From: Spirogloea muscicola
Taxonomy: Eukaryota
Length of the DNA stretch: 43,160 bases
Direction of reading: 5' to 3'
NCBI GenBank assembly: GCA_009602725.1
Contig: WELB01000015.1
Coordinates: 396,770 to 439,929 of the forward strand
The notes under the pieces were generated by a model. It had not been told where the DNA came from, searched no databases, and saw only the letters and a program-made list of their open reading frames with translations. This document shows, one piece after another, positions 23,143 to 35,231 of the stretch; positions within the stretch are counted from its first letter, which is position 1; the number at the start of each line of letters is the position of its first letter. The position numbers and the translations under genes were made by a program.

Positions 23143-26100
23143 TCAGAGCAAATCCGATGGGTCCTCCATCGGGTCCTCGACTAGGGCTGGCCTTGTGAGT
23201 AGGGGGGCTGGTTTGGTCCTGTTGTCATCGTTGAATCCAAGCTGTAAGGCAGACGAAGCAGAGGTATGAGGTTGTGTGCCGTTTGATTTGGTCCAAGACG
23301 ACCTGCTATCGTATCTAACTAAGCCACCTCCTGAACCTTCACTGATGTTGCTGTAGATGCTTCCCTTCAGCATGTCTTCCGCCTGAAGCTCTGTAAATGC
23401 CTGTCCTTCAAGCACGATAACAACCTGACACCAGAACAGGTGTTAGGCTTTTATGTAAATGCATCCTCATCTCTGTGCTCACCACGGTCTGGCATGCCAT
23501 AACACTATCGGAGTGATTCTGATAGTCACTTGGAAGTCAACAGCAAGAAGCACGTTTACTGTCTCACATGCTGTGAACAAGGAACCACATTGCAGCTCAA
23601 GTCGTGCTAGAGCAAGAATAAGTTGCAAATGGCCATGGCTTGGTGACGGTTAAGGACGGGCTAGAGCAGGTAGAAGGTCCCTCCTTATGGCAGTCGTCTG
23701 ACCTTGCTCATGGAAGGCCGGCTCACAGGAGAGAGCTGGGCACAGTGTGTAGCTAATATGAGCATGCGCCGAGCCTCCTCATGGTTGTATTGGCCTCTAA
23801 GCCGCGGATCAACAAGCTGATCGTAGTCACCAGATTTGACATACGCATTTGCCTGGATATCCACCAAAAAATCAACAAATAGGTATATCAGCCCATACTG
23901 AAGATCATCTGACACTACAAATCAGGTATACTTGACTACTCTCCCTAATAATACTTGATTGCTTAACCTTGACATCAGGCCAGGGCAGCAACATGATGCA
24001 TATGTATGACAGCTCTTAGAATCACTTCGCTTCGAAAAACTTCCTGCTAATCTGTTCACTTCGAACGGGCTCTGTCAACTGTACTTTTCTTGTGCCTTGA
24101 GAACCAGGCTTTGCAAGTTCAGAAGTCTACTTTCCAGACTGCATTGGTGTTATTGTCCTTCATCAACGTAAGCAAGGCACGAATCTTCAGAAGATATAAG
24201 TTTTCCAGCAATGCTACTTTGTTTGGAAATTACTGCACAAGTTGATGTGCTTACCCAATTCACGAGTCTGAAGTTACCATCTCCAAGGGGTCGCCTACCA
24301 GTGACTAGCTCCAGTATTACCACGCCCATGGAGTACACATCCAGCTTCTCAGTTGCCATCCCATTTGAGTTGTAGTGTGGGTCACAGTACCTGTAGTAAG
24401 GTAGGGCTAGCTATTCATCAGAAGAAGAGGTATTGTGAAGATTGAATGTTGGGCAACTGAGAGCGGCAAGTTGTTGCATTTGTTCACCTTTGAAGTACCC
24501 TTACCCCGTAAGCAGCATCCAAATCCAGTCAAAGCACACAAGTATGTATCGAAGCATCTCAGTTCGATGACTGCATGCATGTGGACTCTGAAGTAGAGCA
24601 ACAAGCTGGGCTACTGTCGATGATCAAGCTCCAGCTTAGCCTTTGTAGTTTGAGGTAAGCCGATACCCTCGAGTTCCTTCCACTCTGGTCTTGAGGTGAG
24701 ACTCCTGATCAATATCCAGCAGCCTCGCTAGACCAAAATCAGCTACCTGGGAGGAGGAAACACGATACACTGAGAAAGAAGGAATGCGTGTGTATTAAGA
24801 GATGGAGGGCCATATGTGGCCAAGTACAAAGGCAAGCACATTGACAAATGTACGTCACCTGCTGCTAAGCTGACCCGCTCAATAACCACGAGTCAGCACG
24901 TAGAGGTTTAGACAAGAAAGGTTGTCGACCTAGATGTGTTCTGATGACAATATCAACCGTCCAATCAAATTGTTGCTCAAGGCTAGGAATCTAGCAACCC
25001 TTGCTATAACATAGCAGCAATACTACGGGTTAGTTATGTAGGTAGGGCAAGGTTGTGATTGACAGCGTGTCAGCTGCTCAGGACTATATACATGTGCAAA
25101 CATCTGCAGATTAACAGTATGTCAGTAAGACAGTCACCAGTGCTTCATTGGCTCTGTCGAGGAGGATGTTTGACGATTTGATGTCTCTGTGAAGGACTTG
25201 CGGACGACCTGCAGAATCCATACAGGACATGCCATGACTTTTGCTCAAATTGCTAGCTAGCAAGTGGCAAGCCACATCTATGTCTCTGACATCATTCACT
25301 GGGCAGACTTCGCGCAGAGTACACCGCAAGAATCGCTCTGCTAACGTAGTAGGACTAGCTGCCTATATGGTAATTCTTACAAACATGCAGCATGCTTGAA
25401 TCAGGTTGAGGAGGTGTGCAAGAATCATCGACACTCACAGCCGTCGTGCAGATAGGCTAAGCCCTTGGCAGTCCCTATTGCAGCTTTCAATCGCAAAGGC
25501 CATGCCATCGGTGGATCATTCAGCTGGCCTGTAAGACAAGAATATTATGAATCTCAATTACGTCTCTCGGTTATGCTAACGAGCTCGTATTGCTGGTGTC
25601 TGTTAGACAAGGCTGTCTAGCAAAGCTTGCAGGCTTTCAGGACAACTATGACAATCATTTACTGCCTACATGTGAGTCCAGCTTAAAAACTTTGACATAG
25701 CAGCGACATACCATGAAGGTTGTCGTCCAAAGAGCCATTTGGCAAGTACTCATACACAAGGAGGTACTTGTTTGCAGCACTGCAGCACCCAAGTAATTTC
25801 ACGAGATGCCGGTGGTGTACATTGCTTATAATTCTCACCTCAGCTTCAAATTCTTTTAGAACCTGTCCACCATCAATGAGCATCTTCACAGCTACAAGTA
25901 GACCATTCTGCAAGAGAAGCACAGTATTAATGAGGCCAAATTTGTCTTCAAGGAGATAAATGTTGTCAAAAGCATGACTTTGACTTCTGTTGTCCTTCGT
26001 CGCTTGCATCAAGGTCTGTGATCTACTAGCCTTGTACCATTCAGATGACTGACAGTCACAGGGCACAGCACACGCTGCTCCAAATTGCACATGCATATCT

Positions 26101-27987
26101 ACTATCATAACTTCTGTCGGTTCAAAGATAGACTTTTGTCTGTTGAGAGGAGGGTGCAGCAAGCAGAATGCTAGTCCTGACATGGCAGCTGCTGTAACTC
26201 CCCATGTACAAGCAACCTGTCAATTGGCCACATCAACTTGCAAGGTTCTACCTGAAGCCGGCCCTTATAGACACGTCCATAAGACCCACCACCAAGGAAG
26301 TGCTTGAAATTCTCAGTTGCTTCCTCAAGCTCGGAGTAGCTGTACATTGAAAAGGATTCGAATACTCGTTTATCCTGTGGGGGCTGAAGTCCAGGTGAAG
26401 GTGGAACTGGTTCTCCATAAGTAGTAGGATACTGGTTGGTGGGTCCTGGGACATCGGCGCGAGGGCCAGATTCTTGAGGGGCTGCCACAAGTGCGTACAG
26501 CTAGAATTCAGAATATGACTTTGCTGGCCACGGTGATTACTCGCTATTGCAGCAGCGCTTTAAAGCAGCATTCTCAAGTGCTGACAGACATGCAACTCAA
26601 TTGACTGAGCCAACAGGAGCAGTAATGCTGCAGAGTTCACATGCTGTCTCAATTTCTGGTATTTTCAGGATTAATCTTAACGTTCTTGCTCTGCCCGAGT
26701 CATGTAACCATTAGCTGGGCTTGGACCGGTTGCTCGGAAACAGACAGGCTGTATACTAGCTAGGATCACAGCCCTAACCCTCCAACCTGGTATGCATAAA
26801 ATATACCTTATCATCTGTCTCAGCACAGATCTATTGGACGAGCTTCTCATTGGCTTACTTGGAATTGGAAAAGAAGGGCGTCTCCATGAAGCTGGATAAG
26901 CATAGACTGGCCTCTGATATTTCTGCACAACACAAAATCTCCATTGGGTAACCTCAGCTTTCTTGCACAAGGCCCATCATCAACGCTTCAGCCGTGTCTC
27001 CAGCAGCTTATCTAAAGCTGGCACGAATGCTTCTCTGTGCTGCCTGTGTCTGGGGGCCCAAACGTTTTGCTGTGCTGCCTGTGTGTCCCCCATATAGTAC
27101 GAAAAAGCAAGTCTGCATCTCATAGGCATACATGCCAATCTTGGTCACTATATGTACATTCAGCAGACTTGACATGTCTTGACCAATCTATATACTTTAC
27201 ATACGTCTGCAAGCACCTCAGGGGCAACGGAGTCGTTCAGAGAGATAAGGAGTTGTACAGGCATCTCAATCGTACAAGCCAGAGAGTTACCTGATAACAT
27301 GACGGCATGAGACAAGGAATGAAGGCACAAATGGGGAAGACCAGTATGAGTACAATGATGGCTATGAGACCACCTGTAGTCAGATCTTCGAACATGCAGC
27401 ATCCGGGCTGCAGAAAGAGAGAGAATGTCAGTATCCTAGTAATGCGTTGACGAATATGGGTCGTTCTGGAGAAGGAGCACACAGGCTCCAATTCTGCAGT
27501 CTTATACTGCTGCATTGAGGACCTTTCAAATGTCAACACACTGATCCACAGCTTAGACTTTAGAGAACAGTTTGCCTCCTCTCATAGGCAGGGTAACCTG
27601 CCGGCATTCTGACATTCTTCAGTGACAGCACAGAAGAATGATATACGGGAGTAATTTGTTCAATTGAGGAGGACATGGATGCAGCATGCAAAACAGATGG
27701 ATATCAAGAGATAGTCGTCGCTTGAAGAATGACAAGCCACCAGGGCGGCCAGGCCCTCGCCATACCTCAGCCTCACATATCTCGTACGCGACGATTATCT
27801 GCCCTGGCTGTTGGGGGACCGCTGGCAGCTTGATGCGCAGGCCCGGCACAGACTGCGCAGGCTGAGCGGGCACCTGCCCCTGGAACAGCTGAGGAGGCCC
27901 GCCGTACTGCTGGTAGGGTGCTTGCACAGGCTGCGCGTATGGGTAAGGGTGCTGGGCTCCGTGCCCTTTCCCGTCGGTGGCAGCCAT
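23143..27987 (-). CDS. LITAF-like anchor + PERK-like RLK/Pelle kinase fusion, copy B, intact (545 aa)
   Basis: Eleven phase-consistent GT-AG exons: 27766-27987, 27291-27407, 26859-26922, 26252-26481, 25712-25907, 25439-25528, 25138-25208, 24667-24746, 24255-24390, 23703-23852, 23143-23424 (1638 nt). Motifs [61 protein letters not shown]. Confidence 0.9.
24778..24910 (-). mobile_element. Family-B 3' fragment inside intron 7 of kinase B
   Basis: LYVLTRGY* followed by gcgggtcagcttagcagcaggtgacgtacatttgtcaatgtgcttgcc; absent from the copy A intron. Confidence 0.85.
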
Positions 27988-28104
27988 AGGCGCGCTGGCG
28001 GGCGATGGCGCCGTTGCCGGAAGGAAAGGGAAGGCGCCCGCGCGCGGCTTCCGATCGGTGGCAGCGAGGGGCTCGCCGACCCGGCGGCCCGGGCGACGGA
28101 GTGC

Positions 28105-28285
28105 GGAAACGGAGTGTGTGTTGTGATGGAGGGCCTGAGTGGTCAAGTACGAAGGCAAGCACGTTAACAGATGTACAGCTCCTTAGCTGCTGAGCTGAGC
28201 CGCTCAGTAACCACGAGTAGAGGTCGCCAACTGATGCCCGAATACGGGACGACAAGCCCTTGAGGCACCAGCTGAGGCGAGGAGG
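28105..28285 (-). mobile_element. Family-B 3' fragment upstream of the kinase B start codon
   Basis: Matches 42068-42260; no counterpart upstream of copy A. Confidence 0.85.
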
Positions 28286-28407
28286 CGAGAAGGGGAGGCG
28301 AGCGGGCGGAGCTCAGGCAGGAGAAGAAGAAAGGAAGAAGGAGGTGGGCAGGCCAGGCGCCGGCGGCTGGCGGGGCGACGACCCGCCCGGCCCCCGAGGG
28401 CTCTCCG

Positions 28408-28432
28408 CGCGGTCCGGTCAGGCGGAAGTCAA
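28408..28432 (-). promoter_or_regulatory. Conserved upstream motif with two TGAC cores (W-box-like), kinase B
   Basis: TTGACTTCCGCCTGACCGGACCGCG; counterpart at 18793-18816. Confidence 0.4.
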
Positions 28433-30212
28433 GGTAAGGCGGGATGTGGAAGTAGGATAAGTCAACCCGCCCTCCACAAGCCGCCTTACCTTGTCGTTTC
28501 TTTTCGGGCTGGCTGTTCATAGCCCCTCGCCCCCTAAGGAGAGCCACTTTCTTTCACAGCGGCGGACCGGCTGTCCTCGCGCATCCTGCCTCGCCTCTCT
28601 ATCCTCTCTGTCTGTCACTTCTGTCAGTTTCCTTGCCCTTGTACTTGGCCACTCAGGCCCTCCATCGCTCAATACACACTCCAACTTCCTCTAGCTCCGG
28701 CCGCCCCAGACATCCGTCCGCGCATTCGCGCGCAGGCCGCGCCTTGGCTGCCGGCCGCCTCTGGATGTCGGCGTGGCGACTTCACTCCGGCTTCCTCAAT
28801 GGTCACTCGCGGTTCTGAGTACTGTACACTTTCCGACTCCTCCGTTCGTTGCTTTGTGGGCTGGCCTTTCACACGCTCCCTTTGATCGAGCTGCCCCTCC
28901 TCCCTATTTGTGGCTGCTGGGGGGCGATGGCTGGAGAGGCCAGCACGAAGTTGGTTGTGGACAAGGGCCATGAGGGCCGGAAAGCGCAGACCACACAGCA
29001 GAACAGCTGCCATATATGTGATGGCTGCTCAGTCGGCCCTGGTCAACAGCCGCATGTGGAAGAAAGAGCGGTCAAAGAGGAAGTTGCCCGCCTCATGGGC
29101 AAAGTGGCAGCCAGGCGGTGAATTCAGAGTGGTCACCAATCGTGTACTGTCCTGCAACTCTTGTCATTATCGGCACACTGCTAGCTACCGCTTGCAGTAT
29201 AATCATGTTGCAGCTCATGCGGCAATCGAGGAATCCTGGGCCGCGAAGGTGGCAGTGGCCCGGTCCGCCTGCGGCGCAGGAGAAGGGCCCAGAGGGGAGT
29301 GGGGTAGTGGCCTGACAGGGGCTGGCACCAATGGCGGAGTCTCCAGACAGCGGCAGCGCGACGGCCCGCTGGCGCCGTCACCGGGGCCCGCCACCGCCGT
29401 CACCGCCCGCCGGGGGGCCGGTGACGGCGGGGGAGGATGCCGCGGCGGTGTGAATGGGGCGTCGCGAGGGCGTGGCCAACGTGCGGCACGCCGCGCGCGC
29501 CGGAAGGGGAGCGCGAGCTTGCGCGTCGTGGGGGCCTTACGGACCTTCCCGATCGATTTTTGGGCTGGCTTTTCATAGCTCCTCGCCGCACCTGTACGCC
29601 GTTGAGCTGGCATCCCAGCCACATGAACTGGAGGGAGCTGTTCCCTTGGAAGAGCTCCACTTGTCGTGGCGGGGGCGAGGCGCGCCAGGGGACGCGCGAG
29701 GCGGGCGGGCCCGCTGGCGATTGCGATCGCAGCAGAGGGGCCTGAGGCGCCGGCCTGCCGCGGGGTGAAGCGTAAAGCGGCGGCAGCGCCGCCGGCGGCC
29801 GGGCGGCCTTGCGCGAGCGCCCCGGGCGCTGCGGCGGGGCCTTCCCCATCGTGCGCCGGGCTGTCTTCTTGTGGGCTAGCTTTCCACCGAAGCTTCTCGC
29901 GTTTCCTGAGTCTGGCCAATCACAGCCATCGCCCTCTGCTGGAATAGACTCTCTCTTGTGGGCTTGCTGTTCACAGCCCCCTCTGGAGCTCACTTCCTCC
30001 GAAAGAGAAGCACTACTTCCGCCTCCACATCGGAGAAAGCGGTGGGCGGGCCGGCGTGTGCGGCGGGCGCGGCGGGCACGGGCTGCGGTGTCGGCGCTGC
30101 GCCGCCGTCTAAACTGGGGCGCCCTCCTGCTGACGTCTTAGAGATTAGTATCCTGCATTTTGCGCCATCGGCCTTTCAGATCGGCCATCGGCCGGGCTGG
30201 CCTCTCACAGCC

Positions 30213-30271
30213 TGAACAATTTATTGGCTTTCATTGGCCTCGATTTCATTTTATGCGCCCCCCCGCGCCTT
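30213..30271 (+). mobile_element. 59-bp family-E insertion with 11-bp TSD
   Basis: CTCTCACAGCC at 30202-30212 and 30272-30282; related copies at 41783-41849 and 19049-19093. Confidence 0.7.
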
Positions 30272-30330
30272 CTCTCACAGCCCTTGCCCTGCGCTCTTGC
30301 CGCGGCCTTGGCAAGGCCAGGCGGGGCCCC

Positions 30331-31077
30331 TCTTGCCCGCCCGGGTTTGCCGGAGCCCGAATCCGTCGGGCACACGTCGGATCAGTCATTGCCCCCCTTG
30401 CACAGGTACCGAGAGATGCGGCGCAGGCTCCGGCTGCCGCCGGGGCAACGCACATGGATCCCGGAATTATAGGAGCTCGCCCTCGCCCAAATTGAGAGGA
30501 GTGGCTGGCCGCTCACTGCTGATCACCCCCGTGTGTGGAGAGCTCTCGTCTCACAGCCTTCGCCCCCTTCGACAGAGCTTCTTCCTTCTTTTTTGGGATG
30601 GCCAATCACAGCCATCGCCCTCTACTGGAAGAGTTCTTCTATTCGGGCTGGCTAGCCTTCATCTGGTTGCCCCCATCTGGCGGCGAGCACATTCTTTCCA
30701 GCCCACATTGGAAGAGCTCATTTCTTTCTCTTCTGGGAGAGCCACTTCTCTTCCTTCTTGCTTCTTGAAAGGAGCTTGGAAGAAGACGGCCAGCTCAAAG
30801 GGCTCAAGAGGTCAAGAAATCAGACGGTGTCCAAAATAGGAGATGCCCCGGCACGAGATCGACCAGGTTCTCAGCAGAGCACATGGCCAGCTACCGATGT
30901 GTCGAAGGGCCGTCCCGCTCTGGGCACGGCGCAGCGCCATCTGGGCCTCTTGCCCGCCCGCCTCTGCCGGAGCTCCGCCGCCGCGGAAATCTCGGATCTC
31001 ACATTCCCCCGCACTGCACAGGCGCCCGCGAGATGCGGCGGCTCCGGCTGCTGCGGGGGCAAACCGGGGAATCCGGA
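30331..31077 (+). repeat. Two diverged ~130-bp direct repeats with nested inverted repeats (30331-30466, 30948-31077)
   Basis: Both copies read TCTTGCCCGCCC..GCCGGAGC..CGGATC..TGCACAGG..GAGATGCGGCG..GCTCCGGCTGC..GGGGCAA. Confidence 0.75.
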
Positions 31078-31766
31078 GGCAGGGGGCCCGCCAAACCCTC
31101 GTCGTGGCCGCCGTGGCAGCTTCTTCGGCCGCCAGCCCCGGCGAGGCACGTTCGCCCAGGCCGCCCGTCGCCGCCACCCATTATGACGCGCTTCCAAAGA
31201 AGAAGGGCTCGCCCATTGAGGGGCTGTCCGATGAGAAGCAGCTCTTCTCAAGGGGGTGATGGCTGTGAGATGCCAGTCAAGGAAAAGGAAAAGGAAACAG
31301 CCCGTCAATGTGAGGCAGCAACTTTGAAAGGCGAGCCCAATGTCTGAAAAGGCCGGGAATAGGATATGAAGGGCAAGCACACGGCAGCCTAGCGTCAGCC
31401 TCCACCCGTGCCGATTTCACCACTTCCCGCTGGCCCTGCCTGCGGAGATGACGAGGATGAGCCTCCCGCTGCGCGAGCCATTTGCTTCGTGGTCTGCTCT
31501 TGAACTACCAGTGGGCGTGCTATCTCTCTCGTCCACCTCTTCCCTTCCCTCCTGGAGCTGGCCCCTATTATTAGAGAAAGCCACCTGGCCTTCATCGACC
31601 ACACGTCTTCCGCTGGCTTTTTTCCACAGAGTGTCAAGCGCCCTGTAGATTTGAAGCTGCTCACAACTGACCAGCCCTTCGCCGAGTACCTATCACCCCA
31701 TCTTCCGGAGAACTCGGGCGTCGCATACAGAGTCACACTGCCCGGCTTTTAGGCCGCCTCGCCGCC

Positions 31767-33955
31767 ATGACCATGATATCGATGGCGGCAGCTGCGCTCC
31801 TCCTGGCTGCCACCGCCGCCTACGTCGCTGCTGCTTCCTTGGCAGAGCCGTCAGTGCTGCAGCTCGTCACGGACGCCCATGTCCGCCGGTCGAAGGCCGC
31901 TCCTGTCAACTTCGCCTCCTCCAATCTGAGGCGACTTGGCCAAATGCGGATGTCCTCCGCCGAAGCAGCTGCCCCAGAGACCTCTGACGGCTTCCGTTAC
32001 GCCAGCATCCAGGCGCCACCTGCCTGGGATTGGCGCCAGGCCACCCCCTGTGTGTTGACCACTGTTAAAAGCCAGGAGGTTGGCTGCGCCAACTGCTGGG
32101 CCGTCGTCGCTGCGGACGCCATTGCATCGGCTCGGGCAGTGGCTGAGGTACAAGAAGTGGATGATCTGTCACCCCAGGACGTCCAGCTGTGCGAGGGAGC
32201 AGACTGCTGCTCTGGAGGTTGGCCAGAACTGGCCTTGGAGACTGCGACCAATGGCAACTTGACCTCCCATCTTGTGGCCTGGGAGCTCACCCCTGCTGGA
32301 AATGCTCTCGCCTTAATGCAAGCTGTGTCAGTACAGGTAACCGTCTGCTCCAACATTCCTCCTCCCTTTCCAGTCATCCTGAAAGCTGAAAGCATGCTAT
32401 TCAGCTCCGATCTACACATGAATATTCGTGTGGTGCTGTTTGGCAGCTACAGAGATACCCATCAGCTAAGTTGACATGCCTTTGCTCGGGCTGCTCGCTG
32501 GCTTGTGCGCAACAGCACCCTCATGGTCGACGGCAGTATGACAAATCACTGTGCCTTGTCTTGCTCGAGTCAGGCCTATGAATGACGCTTTCTGTGCGAC
32601 ATTTTGCAGCCAGTGATTGCCTATGTCAGCTCGTCCAGTGGCTTGCTGACCTCCTACTCGGGAGGTGTCTTTTCCTGCAAATTTGACAATCGAGAAGTGG
32701 ACCATGCTGTGCTGGTGGTGGGCTATGCGACTGATGTCCCGGAGCCCTATTGGTTGGTCAAGAACTCGTGGGGCCCGCTATGGGGTGAGGGCGGCTATGC
32801 AAAGCTGGCCATGTCTACCAGAGATGGGGCATGCGGCATGCTCTCAATGCCAGCCCTTATGCCCATATACCTGCCCAAAGGAGGCTCTTGCACGGGTACA
32901 GTCAACCCCTGCGGTGCAGGCACGTGCATAGCCTTGGGGTCTCACAAGGCATATACCTGCAACTGCCCCCAGAAGCATGTATTAGACGCCAGCAATGCAA
33001 TGGCGCCCAAGTGTGTCCCTGCACAGGTGAAGGTGCAAGAACCGGACAGCTCTGCAGGTGGGTACTTATGCTACACATGTTTCCGCAGCTTCCTCCATTT
33101 TTCTTATTTGCTACTTGAAGTACACCTGCCCACATTGAAGAAGGAGAAGAATGAGATGCCAGGCAATTGCATTTTGCATACATATGGATTGCCACAGGCC
33201 TACACTGACTCAAAGCACATATGCAGGTTCTGAAGTCGCGCTAGTCCATGAAGTGTTCATTGAGCATGTCATGCGTGAGGGAGAGTCACTCGATTCAATT
33301 GCTCAAGTCCTTGTGCAACTTTGCGGCCCAGTAGCCTCTCCTGCAAATATCAGGGCCAGTAATGTCAGAGTCCCTTTAGTCGCCGGCATGATTCTCCAGG
33401 TAATTGCTTGACCGATATGCTAGCAACGTATCATCCTCAGATGTGTGTCCATGTTCAGAAGTGATTCTTATAGTCCAACCCTTGCCCGAGCTTTTTGGCA
33501 TGCTCCAGGCTGACGGCAGCTCACTGCTGCAAGAACGTGCCTCAAGCACTCGTCCACATCTTGCATGACAGGTACCCTGTAGACAAGTGATTGGGAGGTA
33601 CTGTGGTTGCACACCTGACACAACAGTCTGTGGATGGACTTCAAAGTTGTACAGTTCCTTGTGCGATGCCATCTGCAACTATGACACGCCCACTCGGAAG
33701 CCAGATGCCAATGGGCAATGTGATCCTTGCCAGGCAGCTTGCGAGGGCCGCTGCTTTGGCAACATGAGAATCCCTTATCCTGCCTACTGTGACGACGTTA
33801 ATTACTATACTCCATGCCCTTACCCACCGTTCCCACCCATCACCAGTAGCTGCACTGACTACCTAAACGAGTGCCAAAGCTGCTGCTGGGGCCTTGGGTA
33901 TGGTTCTTTTGCGTTTAATCAATGCTTCTCAAATTGCAGGAGAGGAAAATGCTAG
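31767..33955 (+). CDS. Secreted papain-like (C1A) cysteine protease with EGF-like, LysM-like and Cys-rich C-terminal domains (524 aa)
   Basis: Exons 31767-32336, 32610-33057, 33227-33399, 33572-33955 (phases 0,1,0). Hydrophobic N-terminus; motifs PPAWDWR, Q..CANCWA, DHAVLVVGY, WLVKNSWG, WGEGGY; EGF-like NPCGAGTC..YTCNCP..KC; LysM-like HVMREGESLDSIA..LVAGMILQVPC. Confidence 0.88.
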
Positions 33956-34794
33956 ATTTTCTGCCTCCATGTGCACTTGCACCTATGCTCGAGCAAAGAA
34001 ATAAGAATAGCGAGCAACAAAAGTTGCTCGAAGTTTGCCCACACCTTTGGCTACAATTTCTCCTTGGTAGCTTTCTATGCGCTTGTCAGCTTTCAGCAGC
34101 AGAATAAATTTGGAGTCATTCTCAACCTGCCGACATGAACTCAGCTTTTCAGCACAATGAATATGCGTGTTGCTCATTTGCTTTGCTGAAGCCTCATATC
34201 TGGGTTTGCCTTTGCCTACAACAAAGAACAACAATATGCGCAAGATGTGAGAGCGTTGTGGATTAAGCAGCTCTTGCATGGCTTTACCGGATCAGGTCAA
34301 ATGTCACTAGTCGAGAACAATCTGCAGGGTGAAGACACTTCTAACCTAGTCGGGATCTTGTCCAATTTGGCATCAATCATCATCCATCAACATGCAGACC
34401 GTTGTTCATGTATGCGACATTAGTGGCTCTGCTTAGTAAACAGTGGTGTCTTACAAACCCAGCTTAGTACTTTGACATGAATGAAGATTAATAAGGAGCA
34501 TTGCCACTAGCGAATGCGTGGGGGGGACATGAGGTCAGGAGGCAGCTGTCCAGCCAGCTCAGACTATGGACGTAGCAAGCGATCATTGGCGAGTCAGGCC
34601 GGAGTACACGATTGGAGAACCTCTGCGCTCAAGTCTGACCACCAATAACATTTTTTCCCAACATAAGATAATCTACACAAGGCCCTCTCCCAAAAGAGCG
34701 GGCCATACTTGTTAATTTATTCTTCTTATGAAGCCACCTTGGCTTTTCCAAGGAGAACGGCTGCGGGACGCGCTGTGTCCCTAGGCGAGGTGAG

Positions 34795-35195
34795 CAGACC
34801 GACTTCAACGCTGCTGGCTCGCTAGCTCAGATCTTTCGCATGCAACTAAGCATCCAGCGGTCCATGGCCCACGCCTTGCATCTGCGTGCTGGCCGTGCTC
34901 TAGCTGCAGCCTCTAGCTTTCGTCAGGGGGATTGCTCTCCGGCTGCTAGTCTTTCTAATTTGCGGATCCTCACTGGAGGTTAGAAATTGACTATGAAAAG
35001 CGTCGAGAAAGCGCTTTTGGCCCCTTCGGACCTTGCCAATAATTTACACCTTTCGGCTTTCGGCCCTTTGGACCTTGTCCATTCTTTTTGGGCTGGCCTT
35101 TTCCAGGCCCCGTCTCGAATTGGGCGAGCTTTTCTGTTTTCGGGCTGGCTGTTCACAGCCCTTGGCCCCTTTGGGAGAGCCACTTTCTATCTTCC
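34795..35195 (+). mobile_element. Family-C CRE-like 3' fragment with two tandem tails
   Basis: DFNAAGSLAQIFRM..QRSMAHALHLRAGRALAAASSFRQGDCSPAASLSNLRILTGG*; tails at about 35065-35132 and 35135-35195. Confidence 0.8.
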
Positions 35196-35231
35196 AAAAG
35201 TAGCGAGAGCTGTGAAAAGCAAGCCCAGAGA

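Larger units (their letters stand above)
28490..31350. mobile_element. Cluster of short CRE-like 3' tails in GC-rich intergenic DNA
   Basis: Recurrent GGGCTGGC..CAGCC..TGG(G/A)(A/C)GAGC units near 28505, 28858, 29561, 29872, 30194, 30595, 30645 and 31205; family-B tail at 28622-28690; RAGRALAA remnant near 28730. Confidence 0.7.
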
